Below, one piece after another: positions 41,337 through 51,761 of a stretch of 64,000 nucleotides of DNA (its first letter is position 1; each line of letters opens with the position of its first letter). The position numbers and the translations under genes are program-made. Source of the stretch: Candidatus Latescibacterota bacterium (lineage in GTDB: Bacteria > Latescibacterota > UBA2968); NCBI GenBank assembly GCA_965198115.1, contig OZ240241.1, positions 3,424,001 through 3,488,000 of the forward strand, read 5' to 3'. The notes under the pieces were generated by a model. That model saw only the letters and a list, made by a program, of their open reading frames with translations. It was not told the origin of the DNA and searched no databases.

Positions 41337-42689
41337 CTACGTCGCCGCGAGGGCGTCGTCCAACATCTGTCTTCGAACGACGGGGTCCTGCCATCGCAGC
41401 CGGGCATCGGCCGACAGCGTGTCGACCGGGTCGAAATAGAAGAACCGGCGCCCCGGTCGAACGGTCGGGCTGGTGAACACGGCAATGCCGTTTTCTTCAT
41501 CGTACATCTCGTAAGAGTGACCGTCCCGTTTCCCGCCACCCCCCAGCGTGTCCACGATGAAGGTCGGGGTGTTGAACCCTGCCGTCGTGCCACGCAGCCC
41601 CTTTTCGATTTTGATCCCCGCGCGAAGCGTCGTCCGTAGATCTTCCACACCGGCGACCAGATCGTGGAAAAACACGTAGTAGGGTTGGATGTTCAGGTAA
41701 CCCAATCGCTTCGTCAGACATTGCATTGTGGCCAGATCGTCGTTCACACCGCGTTGAAGCACGGCCTGGTTTCGAATCCCCACACCCAACTCCGTCAGCA
41801 GATTCATCGCATCCTGGGTGACACCCGTCATCTCGTTCGGGTGGTTGAAATGCGTGTGCAGCACGACCTCTTTATGCATGGTTCGTCCACGAGCCACGAC
41901 ATCGACGAGCGCATTCCGCCACGCGTCGTCCGTCAGAATCTTCTGAGGCAGGACCGCCGGTCCCTTCGTCGCGAATCGCATTCTGCGAACGTGGTCGATG
42001 TCAAGGAGCGTGTCACCGATTAACCGTATGTGATCGGGCCGGAGGTTGTAGGTGTCCCCACCGCTGATGACGATGTCCTCCAGCTGCGGCGTCCCCCTCA
42101 CGTAGTCGAACACAGCTTCCCAACGTTCCCGATTCACGCTCAAATGGAGTTTCTCGACCTCTTCCGTATCCTGCCCGACGGCATAGCTGCGCGTGCAAAA
42201 GCGGCAGTAGACCGGACACGTGTCGAGCGTCAGAAAGAGGGCCCGATCCGGGTAACGATGTGTGAGACCGGGGACCGGAGAGTCTTCCTGTTCGTGGAGG
42301 GAATCGAGATGCAGTTCGGGGTGATCGGGCAGCGTCGCCGAGCCGAGCGGAAGGAACTGTCGACGGAGGGGATCCTCGACCGGGTGATCCCAGTCGATCA
42401 AGCTCAGAAGGTAGGGTGTGAGTCGGACCGACATGGGCGATTGCCGCAGCCCGTCGGTCAGGTCCCTGTAAAAGGCGCCATTCACGCGATCTCCGAGCAG
42501 GGCCATCAGCTTCCCGACGGAGGTCACGGAATTCCGTGTCTGAAACGTGTGGGTGTGAAAGGTGTCGGAGTCGACGTCGGAAAACCCGGGCAGGCCCCGC
42601 CAGAACTCGTCTCGACGGAACGTCCGATGGTCAGCCCCTGCTTCCATACACGGAGGGTCCGCCAATCGCTCCTCTTCAGTGATCTGCAT
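41337..42689 (-). CDS. KamA family radical SAM aminomutase
   Basis: HRYPDR, CPVYCRFCTR, SGGD, HFNHP, NQAVLQRGVND, GGGK (PLP lysine). Confidence 0.92.
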   Translation of the reverse strand: MQITEEERLADPPCMEAGADHRTFRRDEFWRGLPGFSDVDSDTFHTHTFQTRNSVTSVGKLMALLGDRVNGAFYRDLTDGLRQSPMSVRLTPYLLSLIDWDHPVEDPLRRQFLPLGSATLPDHPELHLDSLHEQEDSPVPGLTHRYPDRALFLTLDTCPVYCRFCTRSYAVGQDTEEVEKLHLSVNRERWEAVFDYVRGTPQLEDIVISGGDTYNLRPDHIRLIGDTLLDIDHVRRMRFATKGPAVLPQKILTDDAWRNALVDVVARGRTMHKEVVLHTHFNHPNEMTGVTQDAMNLLTELGVGIRNQAVLQRGVNDDLATMQCLTKRLGYLNIQPYYVFFHDLVAGVEDLRTTLRAGIKIEKGLRGTTAGFNTPTFIVDTLGGGGKRDGHSYEMYDEENGIAVFTSPTVRPGRRFFYFDPVDTLSADARLRWQDPVVRRQMLDDALAAT

Positions 42690-42943
42690 GCCTTCCTCCT
42701 GATCACCAGCCAATGTGCGCGATCCGTGGCTCAACCTATCTCAGACACATCACCGTGTCAAGCCATCCGCCCCAGAACCCCTCGATCGGTCACACCCGCT
42801 CGGCTTTTAGCATCATCACCGCTTGCCGGAAGTGATTGACAACATTACCTTTACACGCCCTCCACCACACAACCAATCTCGGCCGGAATCGTCTGTTCCG
42901 TCCGACACGCAAAGATCCGAGGATTCGGCCGCTCCCAACTTCT

Positions 42944-45709
42944 ATGCCTCGCGGATTCTTCCTCCTCGTCGGCGCCGCGCTCCTGTTGTTGGCCTACACC
43001 ATGGCCAAGATCAGCGCCCACGTCTACACAGACTACCTCTGGTTTCAGTCGCTCGGTTACGGGTCGACCTTCAAGACGATCGCCCTCGCCCGGTTCGGCA
43101 GCTTTCTCTTCTTCGGCCTCCTCTTCCTCGCCATTGCGACCCCCAACCTGGCGATCGCGAGGCGCTTTGGCCAGCGCACACGTGAAATGCCCCTGGAGGT
43201 CCTTGTCGGGGACGATATGCCCCCGTCGGGACTGTTGCGATTCCAGCGCCAACGGGTCGCGTGGGCAGCTGTCCTACTCACGGGGGCGACGATCATGGGC
43301 ATTGCGGGCACGGCATCGTGGACCGCGGTCCTCAAGTACTTCAATCCCACGACGTTCGGTGTGAAGGACCCGATCTTCGGCCACGACGTTTCACTCTACG
43401 TGTTCCGGCTCCCCCTCCTCAACTTTCTCTACTTTTGGCTGATCGCTACCCTGATCCTCACCGCGATCCTGATTATCGTCTCCTACAACCGCGACCGATC
43501 GATCCGGCACGAGGACGAAACGTGGCAGACGACGCCGTTCGTGCGCTCGCACCTCTCCGGCCTCGGGGCGGGCTTTGCCGTGATCCTGGGCCTGGGCTAC
43601 TGGATCAAGGGATACGAACTCCTCTACTCTTTCCGAAAAAGCGCCTTCTTCGGGGCCGGATACACCGATGTCAACGCACAGCTCCTCGCCTATAGGTTGA
43701 TGATCCTGCTGTCGTTCGCGCTGGCCGGTCTGCTCGTCTACAACCTTCGCTACAAGGGCTGGCGATACCCCCGAGACGGCGCGATCGCCTACGCGGCCTG
43801 CTTGCTGGCGTTCAGCTGGGGCGTACCGATGATCTTCGAGCAACTCGTCGTCCGACCGAACGAGTTGCGGCTGGAATCCCCCTACATCGAGAACTGCATT
43901 CGGTACACGCGAATGGCCTACGGTCTCGATCGAATCGAGGAACGTGACTTCCCGGCAACGGATGGGATTCGAAAAGCAGACCTGAACGAAAACCTCGCGA
44001 CCATCAACAGCATCCCCCTCTGGGATCGCCGTCCCCTCATGGACACCTACGGACAGCTTCAGGAAATCCGTTCCTACTATAACTTTCCAAGTGTCGACGT
44101 CGATCGCTACGTCGTCAACGACGCCTACCGACAGGTCATGCTCGCCGCGCGCGAATTCTCGGTCGAGCAGCTTGCCCTGCAGGGCGAGACGTGGGTGAAC
44201 CGTCATCTCGTCTACACCCACGGCCACGGCGTCGTCATGAGTCCGGCCAACGAAATCGCCAGCGATGGGCTCCCGAGCTTCTACATCAAAGACATTCCGC
44301 CCGTGTCCGATCTCTTTGACATCGAGCGTCCCGAGATCTACTACGGTGAAGACATGCGCGACTATGTCATCGTCCGCACGAAAACCCAGGAATTCGACTA
44401 TCCCCGTGGGGACGAAAACGTCTACACGACCTACCGGGGACGCGGAGGTGTGCGCCTCGACAGCCTCTTTCGTCGCCTTGCGTTCGCCCTGCGCTTCGCG
44501 GACCCGTTTCTCCTCGTCACCAACGACCTGACGCAGCAGAGTCGGATCCTGTTCGACCGCCACATCGGAACGAGGTTTGGAGAGTCTGGACCGCGCCGTT
44601 TCTCAAAGCTTGCACCATTCCTCCAGTTCGATGCCGACCCCTACCTCGTCGTCGCGAACGGTCGACTCTTCTGGATACAGGACGCCTACACGATCTCCAA
44701 CATGTTCCCCTACTCCGAGCCTTACGGGCGCCCCTACATTCGCGAGCTGAACTACATGCGCAACACCGTCAAGGTCGTGATGGACGCGTATGACGGCTCG
44801 GTAGAGTTCTACGTATGGGACGACAGCGACCCGATCGTTCGGACCTTCCACGCGATTTTCCCAAACCTGTTCAAAGACGCGGGCGAGATGCCCGAATCGC
44901 TGCGGGCGCACATCCGCTATCCGACCGATCTGTTCAGGGCGCAGACCCAACTCTACAACACGTATCACATGACCTCACCCCAGGTCTACTACAACCGCGA
45001 GGACGTCTGGGAGCCGGCATCGGAGGTTTACGGAATCGGCGAGAGAACCCGCGAGGTCTCCCCCTATTACATCATCCTCCGTCTGCCCGACGGCGCAACC
45101 GAGGAATTCGTCCTCATGCAACCGGTGACGCCACGCGGTAAAGACAACATGATCGCCTGGCTTCTGGCCCGGATCGACGGCCCCGAATACGGACGGTTGA
45201 TCGTCTACAAAATGCCCAAAGAGAAGCTCATCTACGGGCCGATGCTCATCGAGCGACGCATCGACCAGGACACTGACGTCTCACGAGAAATCACGCTGTG
45301 GAGCCAGCGAGGGTCGGACGTGATACGGGGCAACCTCCTCATCGTCCCGATGGGCCGATCGTTCGTCTACGTCGAACCCCTCTACCTTCGAGCGACGCAG
45401 AGTGGGATGCCCGAACTCAAACGTGTGCTGGCGGTCAACGGTGAGAAGGTGGCCATGGCAGAGAACCTGATCGACGCGCTCGAGGCCACCCTCGACGGAG
45501 CGGGGCCCGAAGTCGAAGCGTCGCAACCGCAGGTCCCCGAGACCGTGGACCTGCGATCCCTCTCTGCCGCGGCCCTGGACGCTTACAGGGAAGCCCTCGC
45601 TCTGCTTCGGGACGGGGACTTCGCCGCCTACGGCGACCGCGTAAAGCGACTCGGCGAGACGCTCGAAGCCCTTCACAAAGAGACCGCACGTGAGCCCCGA
45701 ACGGACTGA
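42944..45709 (+). CDS. UPF0182 family membrane protein
   Basis: DYLWFQSLGY, DPIFGHD, GAGYTD, HLVYTHG, NYMRN, RGNLL. Confidence 0.93.
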   Translation: MPRGFFLLVGAALLLLAYTMAKISAHVYTDYLWFQSLGYGSTFKTIALARFGSFLFFGLLFLAIATPNLAIARRFGQRTREMPLEVLVGDDMPPSGLLRFQRQRVAWAAVLLTGATIMGIAGTASWTAVLKYFNPTTFGVKDPIFGHDVSLYVFRLPLLNFLYFWLIATLILTAILIIVSYNRDRSIRHEDETWQTTPFVRSHLSGLGAGFAVILGLGYWIKGYELLYSFRKSAFFGAGYTDVNAQLLAYRLMILLSFALAGLLVYNLRYKGWRYPRDGAIAYAACLLAFSWGVPMIFEQLVVRPNELRLESPYIENCIRYTRMAYGLDRIEERDFPATDGIRKADLNENLATINSIPLWDRRPLMDTYGQLQEIRSYYNFPSVDVDRYVVNDAYRQVMLAAREFSVEQLALQGETWVNRHLVYTHGHGVVMSPANEIASDGLPSFYIKDIPPVSDLFDIERPEIYYGEDMRDYVIVRTKTQEFDYPRGDENVYTTYRGRGGVRLDSLFRRLAFALRFADPFLLVTNDLTQQSRILFDRHIGTRFGESGPRRFSKLAPFLQFDADPYLVVANGRLFWIQDAYTISNMFPYSEPYGRPYIRELNYMRNTVKVVMDAYDGSVEFYVWDDSDPIVRTFHAIFPNLFKDAGEMPESLRAHIRYPTDLFRAQTQLYNTYHMTSPQVYYNREDVWEPASEVYGIGERTREVSPYYIILRLPDGATEEFVLMQPVTPRGKDNMIAWLLARIDGPEYGRLIVYKMPKEKLIYGPMLIERRIDQDTDVSREITLWSQRGSDVIRGNLLIVPMGRSFVYVEPLYLRATQSGMPELKRVLAVNGEKVAMAENLIDALEATLDGAGPEVEASQPQVPETVDLRSLSAAALDAYREALALLRDGDFAAYGDRVKRLGETLEALHKETAREPRTD

Positions 45710-46613
45710 GGCTCCCTCCCGGTGGGCCGAGCTTACGACCGAGCGTCGCAATCCTCGCACGAGGTCGATCGATTGCGCGAACACCCTCGAAATCGTGACC
45801 CTGATGAACGACGAGGACCGACTCGTCCCCGAAGCTGTGGGGCAGGTCGCCGACCGGATCGCTGAAGCCGTCGATCTGGTGGTCGAAAGATTTCGAAAGG
45901 GAGGGCGTCTGTTCTACGTGGGCGCTGGCACGAGCGGTCGGCTCGGGGTCCTCGACGCCGCCGAATGCCCACCCACCTTCGGGACGGACCCGTCGCTCGT
46001 GCAGGGTTTGATCGCGGGGGGACCCGAGGCCCTCGTTCGATCGCAAGAAGGCGCAGAGGATCGTGCCGTTGACGGGGGCGATGAACTCGACCATCACGGC
46101 GTATGTGAAGGCGACATCGTCGTGGGAATCGCGGCCAGCGGCGTGACGCCCTACGTGACCGGCGCCCTCGCTCACGCAAGAACCCTCGGTGCCGCCACCG
46201 TTTTCCTGACGTGCAATCCGCAGGCGGCATCGAGCGTGGAGGTCGACGTCCTGATCGCGCCCGACGTCGGTCCCGAAGCGATCGCGGGGTCCACGCGACT
46301 CAAAGCCGGGACCGCGACGAAGCTCGTCCTCAACACACTCACGACGGCGAGCATGATTCGTCTGGGCAAAGTCTACGAGAACCTGATGGTCGACCTCAGG
46401 CCATCGTGCGACAAACTCCGCGATCGGTCGCGGCGGATCCTGGCTGCCATCACCGACGTGGCATCCGACGACATCGACGACCTCCTCGACCGCGCCGGCG
46501 GAGAGCTCAAGACGGCGATCGTCATGCAAAAGCGGGCCGTCTCCGCAGAGACCGCCCGCATTTTGCTCCGTCAACACGATGGGGCCGTCAAGGCCGCCAT
46601 CGAGTCAGATTGA
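45690..46613 (+). CDS. murQ: N-acetylmuramic acid 6-phosphate etherase
   Basis: TERRNP, GAGTSGRLGVLDAAECPPTF, GSTRLKAGTA, NLMVD. Confidence 0.95.
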   Translation: MSPERTEAPSRWAELTTERRNPRTRSIDCANTLEIVTLMNDEDRLVPEAVGQVADRIAEAVDLVVERFRKGGRLFYVGAGTSGRLGVLDAAECPPTFGTDPSLVQGLIAGGPEALVRSQEGAEDRAVDGGDELDHHGVCEGDIVVGIAASGVTPYVTGALAHARTLGAATVFLTCNPQAASSVEVDVLIAPDVGPEAIAGSTRLKAGTATKLVLNTLTTASMIRLGKVYENLMVDLRPSCDKLRDRSRRILAAITDVASDDIDDLLDRAGGELKTAIVMQKRAVSAETARILLRQHDGAVKAAIESD

Positions 46614-48128
46614 TCAGCTCTTGTTGTAAAAATTCTTCACCAGATCGTCCAAGTACGCCTTGGGCGCCTCCACCGTAGCGCGCTCGATCGTGAACCGGTC
46701 GTGTCCCAGCAGCTTCAGTCCGTGTCCGTAATCGTCGAATAACCTGCCAGAGAGCGCGTCGACCGTCGTGCCTTCCTCATCGGCTCGATTCGCCAGCAGC
46801 ACAAGTGCGTCGGGCTCGAAGTCGAGCACGATCCCGTAAGCGTCGTGGAAACGTCCGACGAAGTCCTTCACCTGATGGGACTCGAGCAGATGGGCGAGCG
46901 CGCCGCCGGGATCCTCCACCAGGTCGCGTGTGACGACGAGTGCCCGTACGTCGGTCGAGGGAAGCCGCTTCTCGAACTTGAGCAGCACCCGCTCGGCCAC
47001 ACTGACCAAACTGCGAGCCCCCGTCTGCTCTTCGGCCGCGTGCTCGGCCATGAGGCGCAGGGCATCATCCTCGAACGACAGATCGATGCCGTAGGCCTGA
47101 AAGTCTCGTTTCTTGCCGACCGTCACCGAGCAGTTCGGATTCTTCAAAATGTCGTAGAGGTCATCGACGCCGAGGGGGACGAGGTTGGCGACTACCGGCA
47201 GCCGTCCGATGAACTCTGATTCGAACCCGAATTCGATCAAGTCCTCCGATCGCAACGCAGAAAGGTGGGCCGATCGGTCTTCAGTACGATCCTCACCCGC
47301 CCGGAATCCGACGCGGGTCTTGTCCATACGGCGTCGAACGATGTCATCGAGACCGTTGAATGCTCCGCTCACGATAAAAAGGATGTTCCGGGTGTTCACC
47401 TTTTTCCGCTCGACCTTGCCGCTTCGCTGAAACTGCATCATCGATTCCATTTGCGACGCCAGATCGTTCGGTGACTTCAGGTCGACCTCCGTCTCCTCCA
47501 TCATCTTGAGCAGGTTGCGCTGGACGCCCGTATGGGACACATCGGGACCGACCGTGTCCCGGCTCGAGGCGATCTTGTCGATTTCGTCGATGTAGATGAT
47601 CCCGTACTGAGCCTTTTCGATGCTGCCATCGGCCTCGTGTACGAGTTCACGCACCAGATCCTCGACGTCGCCTCCCACATAGCCCGTTTCGCTGAACTTG
47701 GTCGCGTCCCCTTTGACGAAGGGCACGCCAATGCGGTCGGCGATCAGCTTGACCAGGTAAGTCTTGCCGACACCGGTCGGACCGATCAACATGATATTGT
47801 TCTTGATGTTACCGACGAATCCACCCTTGAACGTTTCGTCTTCCCGGTCTAACTTCATACGGCTGTAGTGCGTGCAGATCTTGGTGGCCAGAATCTCCTT
47901 GGCCTGGTCCTGCTTCACGACGTATTCATCCAGGTAGGACTCGAGTTCTTCGGGCTTTAGGTCAAATTCGATCGTCTCGTCGACCGGCTGGGGCTCCGCT
48001 TCGACACCCGCCTTGGAACCGTCGACCTGCATTTCCGGAAAAACGACCTGTGCCCCGTATTTGTTTTCAATGAACTCTTTCAGATCCTTCTGGAGATCCG
48101 CAGGGTTCACCGGGCGCTGCTCCGACAT
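46614..48128 (-). CDS. ClpX-like AAA+ ATPase lacking the N-terminal zinc finger
   Basis: GPTGVGKT, DATKFSETGYVGGDVE, IDEIDK, VGF loop, TGARSL. Confidence 0.85.
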   Translation of the reverse strand: MSEQRPVNPADLQKDLKEFIENKYGAQVVFPEMQVDGSKAGVEAEPQPVDETIEFDLKPEELESYLDEYVVKQDQAKEILATKICTHYSRMKLDREDETFKGGFVGNIKNNIMLIGPTGVGKTYLVKLIADRIGVPFVKGDATKFSETGYVGGDVEDLVRELVHEADGSIEKAQYGIIYIDEIDKIASSRDTVGPDVSHTGVQRNLLKMMEETEVDLKSPNDLASQMESMMQFQRSGKVERKKVNTRNILFIVSGAFNGLDDIVRRRMDKTRVGFRAGEDRTEDRSAHLSALRSEDLIEFGFESEFIGRLPVVANLVPLGVDDLYDILKNPNCSVTVGKKRDFQAYGIDLSFEDDALRLMAEHAAEEQTGARSLVSVAERVLLKFEKRLPSTDVRALVVTRDLVEDPGGALAHLLESHQVKDFVGRFHDAYGIVLDFEPDALVLLANRADEEGTTVDALSGRLFDDYGHGLKLLGHDRFTIERATVEAPKAYLDDLVKNFYNKS

Positions 48129-48256
48129 GCCGACTCCTTGCTCTTTAGTCACAAGTTATTGTATTTAAACTACTAGTCTGCCTGCGACAAGCGGTAACGA
48201 TACCCGGACGACCGGCGCTTGTCAAGCCGGCTCGGCCCCACGACCGGAGAAACGGA

Positions 48257-48742
48257 ATGAACAAGACCCAGCAAGCGGACATCATCCGCCGCATACCGAT
48301 CCTGAAGGGCTTTTCCGAAGAGCAGATACAAAAGATCCTCGCCGTGTGCACCGAAGAGGCATTCAAAGAGGGCGACATGCTGTTCGAGGAAGGGGCCGAA
48401 AGCCGAAACATCTTCATCCTTCTCTCCGGGATCCTTCAAGTTCGGACACCGACCGGCGGAGAAATCGCCACCATCGGAAAAATGGGTGTCGTCGGCGAAA
48501 TGGGTGTCCTCACCGATCTGCCCAGGGCTGCCTGCGTCGTCTCCCTCAAAGATTCGGAGACCATGTGCATCGGGAAAGAGGAGCTGTTCGGTCTGATCCT
48601 CCAGGACCCGAACATGGGCTATCGTATTTTCCGGAATGTCACGCACATCCTTGCCGAACGGCTGAGGGACAACAACATCCTCCTCGAGCAGCAGTATCTC
48701 GTTCTCGACGACCTCGTAGGCGGTGGCCGCGGGGGACAGTGA
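48257..48742 (+). CDS. Stand-alone cyclic-nucleotide-binding domain protein
   Basis: LFEEG, VGEMGVL..PRAA; no HTH. Confidence 0.85.
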   Translation: MNKTQQADIIRRIPILKGFSEEQIQKILAVCTEEAFKEGDMLFEEGAESRNIFILLSGILQVRTPTGGEIATIGKMGVVGEMGVLTDLPRAACVVSLKDSETMCIGKEELFGLILQDPNMGYRIFRNVTHILAERLRDNNILLEQQYLVLDDLVGGGRGGQ

Positions 48743-50442
48743 ACCTCAGCTACTTCACGCTCAGACGTCTGACCGACGACCTGCAACGGCTCGTCGGCGA
48801 TCGCGTCGAGCGTGCCGCCCTGTCGCCCCCGAACAGCCTCACCCTCTCCTTCGGGAGGGGCGGCCGAAGGTCTCACCTCTACTTCTCCGCATCCAGAACA
48901 CAGGGCCGGGCGTGCCTGATTCCCAACCTGCCCGCAGCCAGCGCCGATCGTCCTGTCTGGCTGGATCGAAACCTCGAAGGCGCTGTCCTCCGCACACTCG
49001 AGCAGACCCCCTACGAACGTCTGCTCACGTTCAGCTTCGAGAGACGTGACCGACTGGGTGACACGTTTCGCACCCACCTGATCGCGGAACTCATCGGCCG
49101 AAACGCCAACCTCATCGTAGTGAACCCCGATACGGGCCGGATCGTCCACGCCCTCCGGCACGTCAAGGGTGAAAGCCGCCGGATCCTGCCCGGCCGCATC
49201 TACGAACCCCCGGCCCCTCAAGACCGCGTTCCGCCCGACGACCTGGCGGTCGATACGTTGGTCGCCGCGTTCGATCAACACAAGACGGCGGTAGGCGCCC
49301 TGTGCGGCGTCCTACCCGGAATGGACCCGCTCACAGCTGCCGAGGTCCTGCATCGATCGACAAGTCCGTCCCCGATGGACGTCTTAAGAACGCTCCAGAG
49401 CTTTTACACATCGCCTCCGTTCGCGCCGGAAGCTTACATCCTCTTGAACGCTCGAGGGGGCAAACCGGTCACGCCTTTCCACCTGACGCACCTGGACCAG
49501 GGTGACCTCTTGCCCCATCCCGACATCAGCGCCGCGATCGAAGCCGCCATCGAGGGAGAGCAGAAGCAGGCCACGGCAAAGGGACGATTCAAGGACCTCC
49601 GGCGGCTGCTCGGGCGGCGGATCAAATCTCTCCGCTCCCGGTGCGAGAAGATCGAGAGGGACATCGAAGCGGCCGAAAACGCCGACCAGCTCGAACGCAT
49701 CGGCAGTCTCATTTTGGCCCAACTCGACGCGGTTCCGTCCAACGTGTCGACCGTCACCCTTCGCGACCTCTACACCGACGGCGAACCCCCGATCGAGATC
49801 CAGCTCGACTCGAAGCGGTCACCCCTCGAAAACGGCAGCCGCTACCTTCGACGAGCGAAAAAACTGACGAAATCCAAGCCGATCCTCCTACGACGTCTCG
49901 CCAAGAGCCGTGTCGAACTCGCGGAACTCGAGCGACGGAGCGACGAACTGGCCGGTGTCGAGGACGAAGCACGGCTCGAGACCCTTCACGAAGCCCTGGT
50001 GGCCGACGGTCTCGTTCGCCCCCCCAAGCGGCGACCCAAACCCGCAAGCGGGCGAGGCGCGGGCGACATTCATCCACGCCGCTACCTCACATCCGACGGA
50101 TGGGAAGTCTGGGTGGGACGAAACGACGCGGAAAACGACCGCCTCAGCCGCGTCGTCCCTAAAACCGACATCTGGATGCACGCTCAGGGATGTTCGGGGT
50201 CGCACGTCGTTCTCAGGAGAAAAACACCGAACGCCGATCCCACGCCGACCGCCCTCGTGGAAGCCGCAGCCCTCGCCGCCTACTGGAGCAAGGCCCGTGG
50301 TGCACGTACGGTGCCCGTCAACTACACCGAAGCCCGCCACGTACAAAAACCCAGGGGCGCGCCCCCGGGTCTGGTCACTATCCGAAACGAGAAAACGATC
50401 TTCGTCGAACCCCGCGAGATTCGTAAAGTCGACGAAACGTAG
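48739..50442 (+). CDS. rqcH: NFACT/RqcH ribosome quality control protein
   Basis: ELIGRNANLI, LPGRIYEPP, VGRNDAEND, WMHAQGCSGSHV, AAYWSKAR. Confidence 0.88.
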   Translation: MNLSYFTLRRLTDDLQRLVGDRVERAALSPPNSLTLSFGRGGRRSHLYFSASRTQGRACLIPNLPAASADRPVWLDRNLEGAVLRTLEQTPYERLLTFSFERRDRLGDTFRTHLIAELIGRNANLIVVNPDTGRIVHALRHVKGESRRILPGRIYEPPAPQDRVPPDDLAVDTLVAAFDQHKTAVGALCGVLPGMDPLTAAEVLHRSTSPSPMDVLRTLQSFYTSPPFAPEAYILLNARGGKPVTPFHLTHLDQGDLLPHPDISAAIEAAIEGEQKQATAKGRFKDLRRLLGRRIKSLRSRCEKIERDIEAAENADQLERIGSLILAQLDAVPSNVSTVTLRDLYTDGEPPIEIQLDSKRSPLENGSRYLRRAKKLTKSKPILLRRLAKSRVELAELERRSDELAGVEDEARLETLHEALVADGLVRPPKRRPKPASGRGAGDIHPRRYLTSDGWEVWVGRNDAENDRLSRVVPKTDIWMHAQGCSGSHVVLRRKTPNADPTPTALVEAAALAAYWSKARGARTVPVNYTEARHVQKPRGAPPGLVTIRNEKTIFVEPREIRKVDET

Positions 50443-50501
50443 ACCCTGGGCGTTCCGAGACACTCGCGCCATCGTAAGTCACGTCCAACCCTTCACACCA
50501 G

Positions 50502-51245
50502 TCAGATTTCAGACACATAGATCACGCGAACCTCCCGGTCGGGATTCGGGGCACCCGCGTTCTCGAGCAGATTCTTCAGGTCCAGTTCGAGCGCCAGACG
50601 TTTTCCGATCGTCCAGCGGACTGCCGCGTTCAAGTAGCCGCGGTCTGACCTCGCGATCCCCGATCCATCGTCGTTCCACCCGAAGTGATATTCTGCGACC
50701 ATCCAGAGCCGTCGTGCGACGTCGACATCGACTCCGGCGAACACGGTCAGGTCGTCGTCCCCGTCTCCGTCCTCCAGACTGCGGTTCAACCCGAAGTGAA
50801 CACCACCCTCCCCGACCGGATTCCGGTAGTTCCTGCTGAACACCCCGTAGAACCCGAGGGATTTGGTGGCATACCGCGCGAGCGTCCCGTCGTAGGCTCC
50901 GAACCCCTGGGAACGAAACCCGATGGCGAACGCCGGTCGTTTCAGGGTCTCGTCGAGCACGCGGATTCGGAGTCCCACCCCAGGACGCGGATTCCAGTTG
51001 GCGTCGCCGCGGCCCAACAGACCTTGCCCCCCGAACGACACACCGATCAGGATTCGTTGCCACATAGACGTCGATACGTCGGCGAGAAGACCGTCACCAC
51101 CGTAAAACCGAGCATCCATCGCAACGGTCCGGTCGGGCAACATACCGGCGGTCGGTGCTTCGATCAGCCAGCGAGGTTGGTACGGCCCCTGCGCGAACAC
51201 GACGCAGGGCAGCAGAAGGAGGACCCCTCCCCACGTCTGTCTCAC
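50502..51245 (-). CDS. Exported beta-barrel (YjbH-like) protein
   Basis: Signal peptide; PTAGML, PAFAIG, GYLNAAVRW; amphipathic strands. Confidence 0.6.
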   Translation of the reverse strand: MRQTWGGVLLLLPCVVFAQGPYQPRWLIEAPTAGMLPDRTVAMDARFYGGDGLLADVSTSMWQRILIGVSFGGQGLLGRGDANWNPRPGVGLRIRVLDETLKRPAFAIGFRSQGFGAYDGTLARYATKSLGFYGVFSRNYRNPVGEGGVHFGLNRSLEDGDGDDDLTVFAGVDVDVARRLWMVAEYHFGWNDDGSGIARSDRGYLNAAVRWTIGKRLALELDLKNLLENAGAPNPDREVRVIYVSEI

Positions 51246-51724
51246 CTACGTCCCCCACGCACCGTCAAGGTCCTCGAGCACGCATCCAGAGGGTCCATCT
51301 GAATCCGCCACGCCGTCTCGGGCAACACATCGCCGGCGTAAGCCGCCCATTCGATCAGACAGACCCCTTCACCGTAGAAATAGTCTTCGCACCCCAGATC
51401 GATCAGCTCGTCGACTCCACCCAGCCGGTAGAGATCGAAGTGGTAGACCATCAGTGGGCGGCCACCTCCATCCCTCCCGGCGTATTCGTTGATCAAGACG
51501 AACGTCGGGCTCGTCACCGGGTCCCGGACGCCGAATCCGGTGCAGATGCCCTGGATCAGACACGTCTTCCCGGCCCCGAGATCGCCGTCCAGACCCACAC
51601 AGTCGCCGGGTTGCAGTTTAATGGCCAGCGATGCGCCGAAGCGTTGCGTCTCCGCCGCCGAGCGGGTCACCACAATCCGCGATTCGTCGTCTTCGTCCGC
51701 CTGCTCGGAGAGCGCCCTTGTCAT
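51242..51724 (-). CDS. tsaE: tRNA threonylcarbamoyladenosine biosynthesis ATPase TsaE
   Basis: GDLGAGKT, SPTF, HFDLYRL, IEW. Confidence 0.95.
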   Translation of the reverse strand: MTRALSEQADEDDESRIVVTRSAAETQRFGASLAIKLQPGDCVGLDGDLGAGKTCLIQGICTGFGVRDPVTSPTFVLINEYAGRDGGGRPLMVYHFDLYRLGGVDELIDLGCEDYFYGEGVCLIEWAAYAGDVLPETAWRIQMDPLDACSRTLTVRGGRR

Positions 51725-51761
51725 ACCAGTCCTTCGAGCTCGAAACAACGCAGTGGGAAAC

